51,197 nucleotides of DNA. It comes from Alphaproteobacteria bacterium. Lineage in GTDB: Bacteria > Pseudomonadota > Alphaproteobacteria > Rickettsiales > SXRF01. The stretch lies in contig JBFWQQ010000003.1 in NCBI GenBank assembly GCA_050249355.1, forward strand, positions 1 to 51,197. The letters are read 5' to 3'. Positions 49,928-51,197 of the stretch are shown here, piece after piece (position 1 is the first letter of the stretch; the number at the start of each line of letters is the position of its first letter). The translations under genes and the position numbers were made by a program. The notes beneath the pieces are model-generated. The model searched no databases. It saw nothing but the letters and a program-made list of their open reading frames with translations, and was not told where the DNA came from.

Positions 49928-50449
49928 ATGGCACTAGGAGAAACTATGGAACTTGAGCAGCAACATGAGATGTTCGCACGCGCACAAAGTGGATTGACAC
50001 GCCTCATAACGCAATTCCAAGATGCTTGCCACGATGGCGACCAGAACACACAGATATTAGAAAGCCGTATTCGCAGGCATCTGGATAATGTCGGCATACT
50101 GCTTTCCGAGATCACCGATACTACCGCTGCCCAATGGCTGCCGGAACGAAACGGCATCAAGCTCAGCTTCCGCGAAACCGACAGTGATGCCAAGCGTGAA
50201 AAGGCCGCCGTACAACTTGATATGGCACGCATCGCATACAGCACGGGACAGGATGATGCATGCCTACGCATTACGCATGACACAATGAAGGCAGGGGATT
50301 TTCTCGCCAATGTAGCAAATGCAGCCATCAACAAACGCATCGACCATTACCGTTCGAAAAAAACTGTCACGCATGGTGCAGGACCGGGCCTACGTGCAAA
50401 GATCGCTCAAGAAGTCCAAACTGTATTAGACAGCCAGCTGGTACGCTGA
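49928..50449 (+). CDS. Orphan helical protein (173 aa)
   Basis: Open frame filling the gap; AGGAGA precedes the second Met (MELEQ); ends GPGLRAKIAQEVQTVLDSQLVR. Confidence 0.75.
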   Translation: MALGETMELEQQHEMFARAQSGLTRLITQFQDACHDGDQNTQILESRIRRHLDNVGILLSEITDTTAAQWLPERNGIKLSFRETDSDAKREKAAVQLDMARIAYSTGQDDACLRITHDTMKAGDFLANVANAAINKRIDHYRSKKTVTHGAGPGLRAKIAQEVQTVLDSQLVR

Positions 50450-50965
50450 TCAAATATCACCCGGCGTCACGAAACGGTGCAGCCGGCAGATCACTTCTTC
50501 GATCTGGTTCCAGTTACCATCAAAGCGCAGCTCGACAAAACTGCATGGCGGGAATTTCTGCGCCATTTTGCTGCGTAGCGCATATTCGCCTTCCAACGAC
50601 AGGCGCACGCATAGTTCATGCAGGCCCGGATTATGCCCTATCCACAGCAGGCTGCCGGTTTTTTCAGGCATTTTTTTGAGCAGGTACAGCATTTCGTACA
50701 AGCTGATGTGATAGAGTGCATCATCGTAATGGGCAGGAACGGTTTCACCATACATGGCCTGCACATGCTGCCAAGTTTGCCGGGTACGGGTTGCGGTAGA
50801 ACACCATACTTGTTGTGGCCTTATTTTTTGTGCCAGAAGGTATTTGCCCAGATTTTTAGCATCGGCAACGCCCTTCTCCGCCAACGGGCGTGCGTGATCC
50901 TCCTGTCCGGGTGCCAACGGCTCGGTTTTGGCATGCCTCAGAATATAAAGGATTTTTTCTGCCAT
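50450..50965 (-). CDS. sixA: Phosphohistidine phosphatase, SixA family
   Basis: ILRHAK, DHARPL, STATRTRQT, GHNPG. Confidence 0.88.
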   Translation of the reverse strand: MAEKILYILRHAKTEPLAPGQEDHARPLAEKGVADAKNLGKYLLAQKIRPQQVWCSTATRTRQTWQHVQAMYGETVPAHYDDALYHISLYEMLYLLKKMPEKTGSLLWIGHNPGLHELCVRLSLEGEYALRSKMAQKFPPCSFVELRFDGNWNQIEEVICRLHRFVTPGDI

Positions 50966-51070
50966 TGCGACATGGTGCCTTTGATATTGTTCAATTTTTG
51001 GCTTTGTTTTAGCCCTGTTCTTAACATAAACTACATCTTCCCAACCTAGAATTATACAGAAAATTACACC

Positions 51071-51197
51071 ATGGCGCACATCGTCCATATGCCCGCAAGC
51101 CGCACCGGATCCGACATACTGTTCTCCAAGGAACGATTCATCAGCCGTGAAGTCTCGTGGCTGGCTTTCAATAGCCGCGTGCTCGAAGAGGCAAGCA
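51071..51197 (+). CDS. ppk1: Polyphosphate kinase 1 (5' end only)
   Basis: Manual translation ...ERFISREVSWLAFNSRVLEEAS matches the PPK1 N-terminal RELSWLxFNxRVLEEA. Confidence 0.9.
   Translation, partial: MAHIVHMPASRTGSDILFSKERFISREVSWLAFNSRVLEEAS

Overview
Core-genome window of a Gram-negative alphaproteobacterium (long-linker FtsZ, stand-alone rpsD, DUF1476/zeta protein, lpxC; GC in the mid-50s % by eye). From left to right: a partial APC amino-acid permease, a secreted His-motif protein, aminopeptidase P, prmA-ligA-recN-bamD-lpxC, an FkbM methyltransferase, a complete dcw cluster on the minus strand (mraZ to ftsZ) and rpsD. Next come four orphan Gly/Ala/Gln-rich membrane proteins, rluD, a DASS transporter, two secreted EF-hand paralogues, two small lipoproteins, grxD-bolA and a Fur-boxed cupredoxin + FTR1 iron-uptake operon. 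The window ends with purL/purQ/purS/purC, DUF1476, a DjlA-like co-chaperone, EamA, an amidase, RNase P RNA, sixA and the start of ppk1. The most notable observations are three. (1) A family of ~70-nt double-hairpin repeats with covarying stems and C-AGNA-G loops has at least 8 copies, some inserted in frame inside murB and rluD, and other repeat types are inserted in frame in ddl and rluD. (2) An FTR1 permease is fused through an internal signal-peptide-like segment to a probable outer-membrane beta-barrel, a candidate signal-peptidase-processed polyprotein. (3) The orphan glycine-zipper membrane proteins have Arg-containing C-termini and a shared upstream OmpR-type box, and are candidate secreted effectors. 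No database searches were run; all family calls come from motif recognition.
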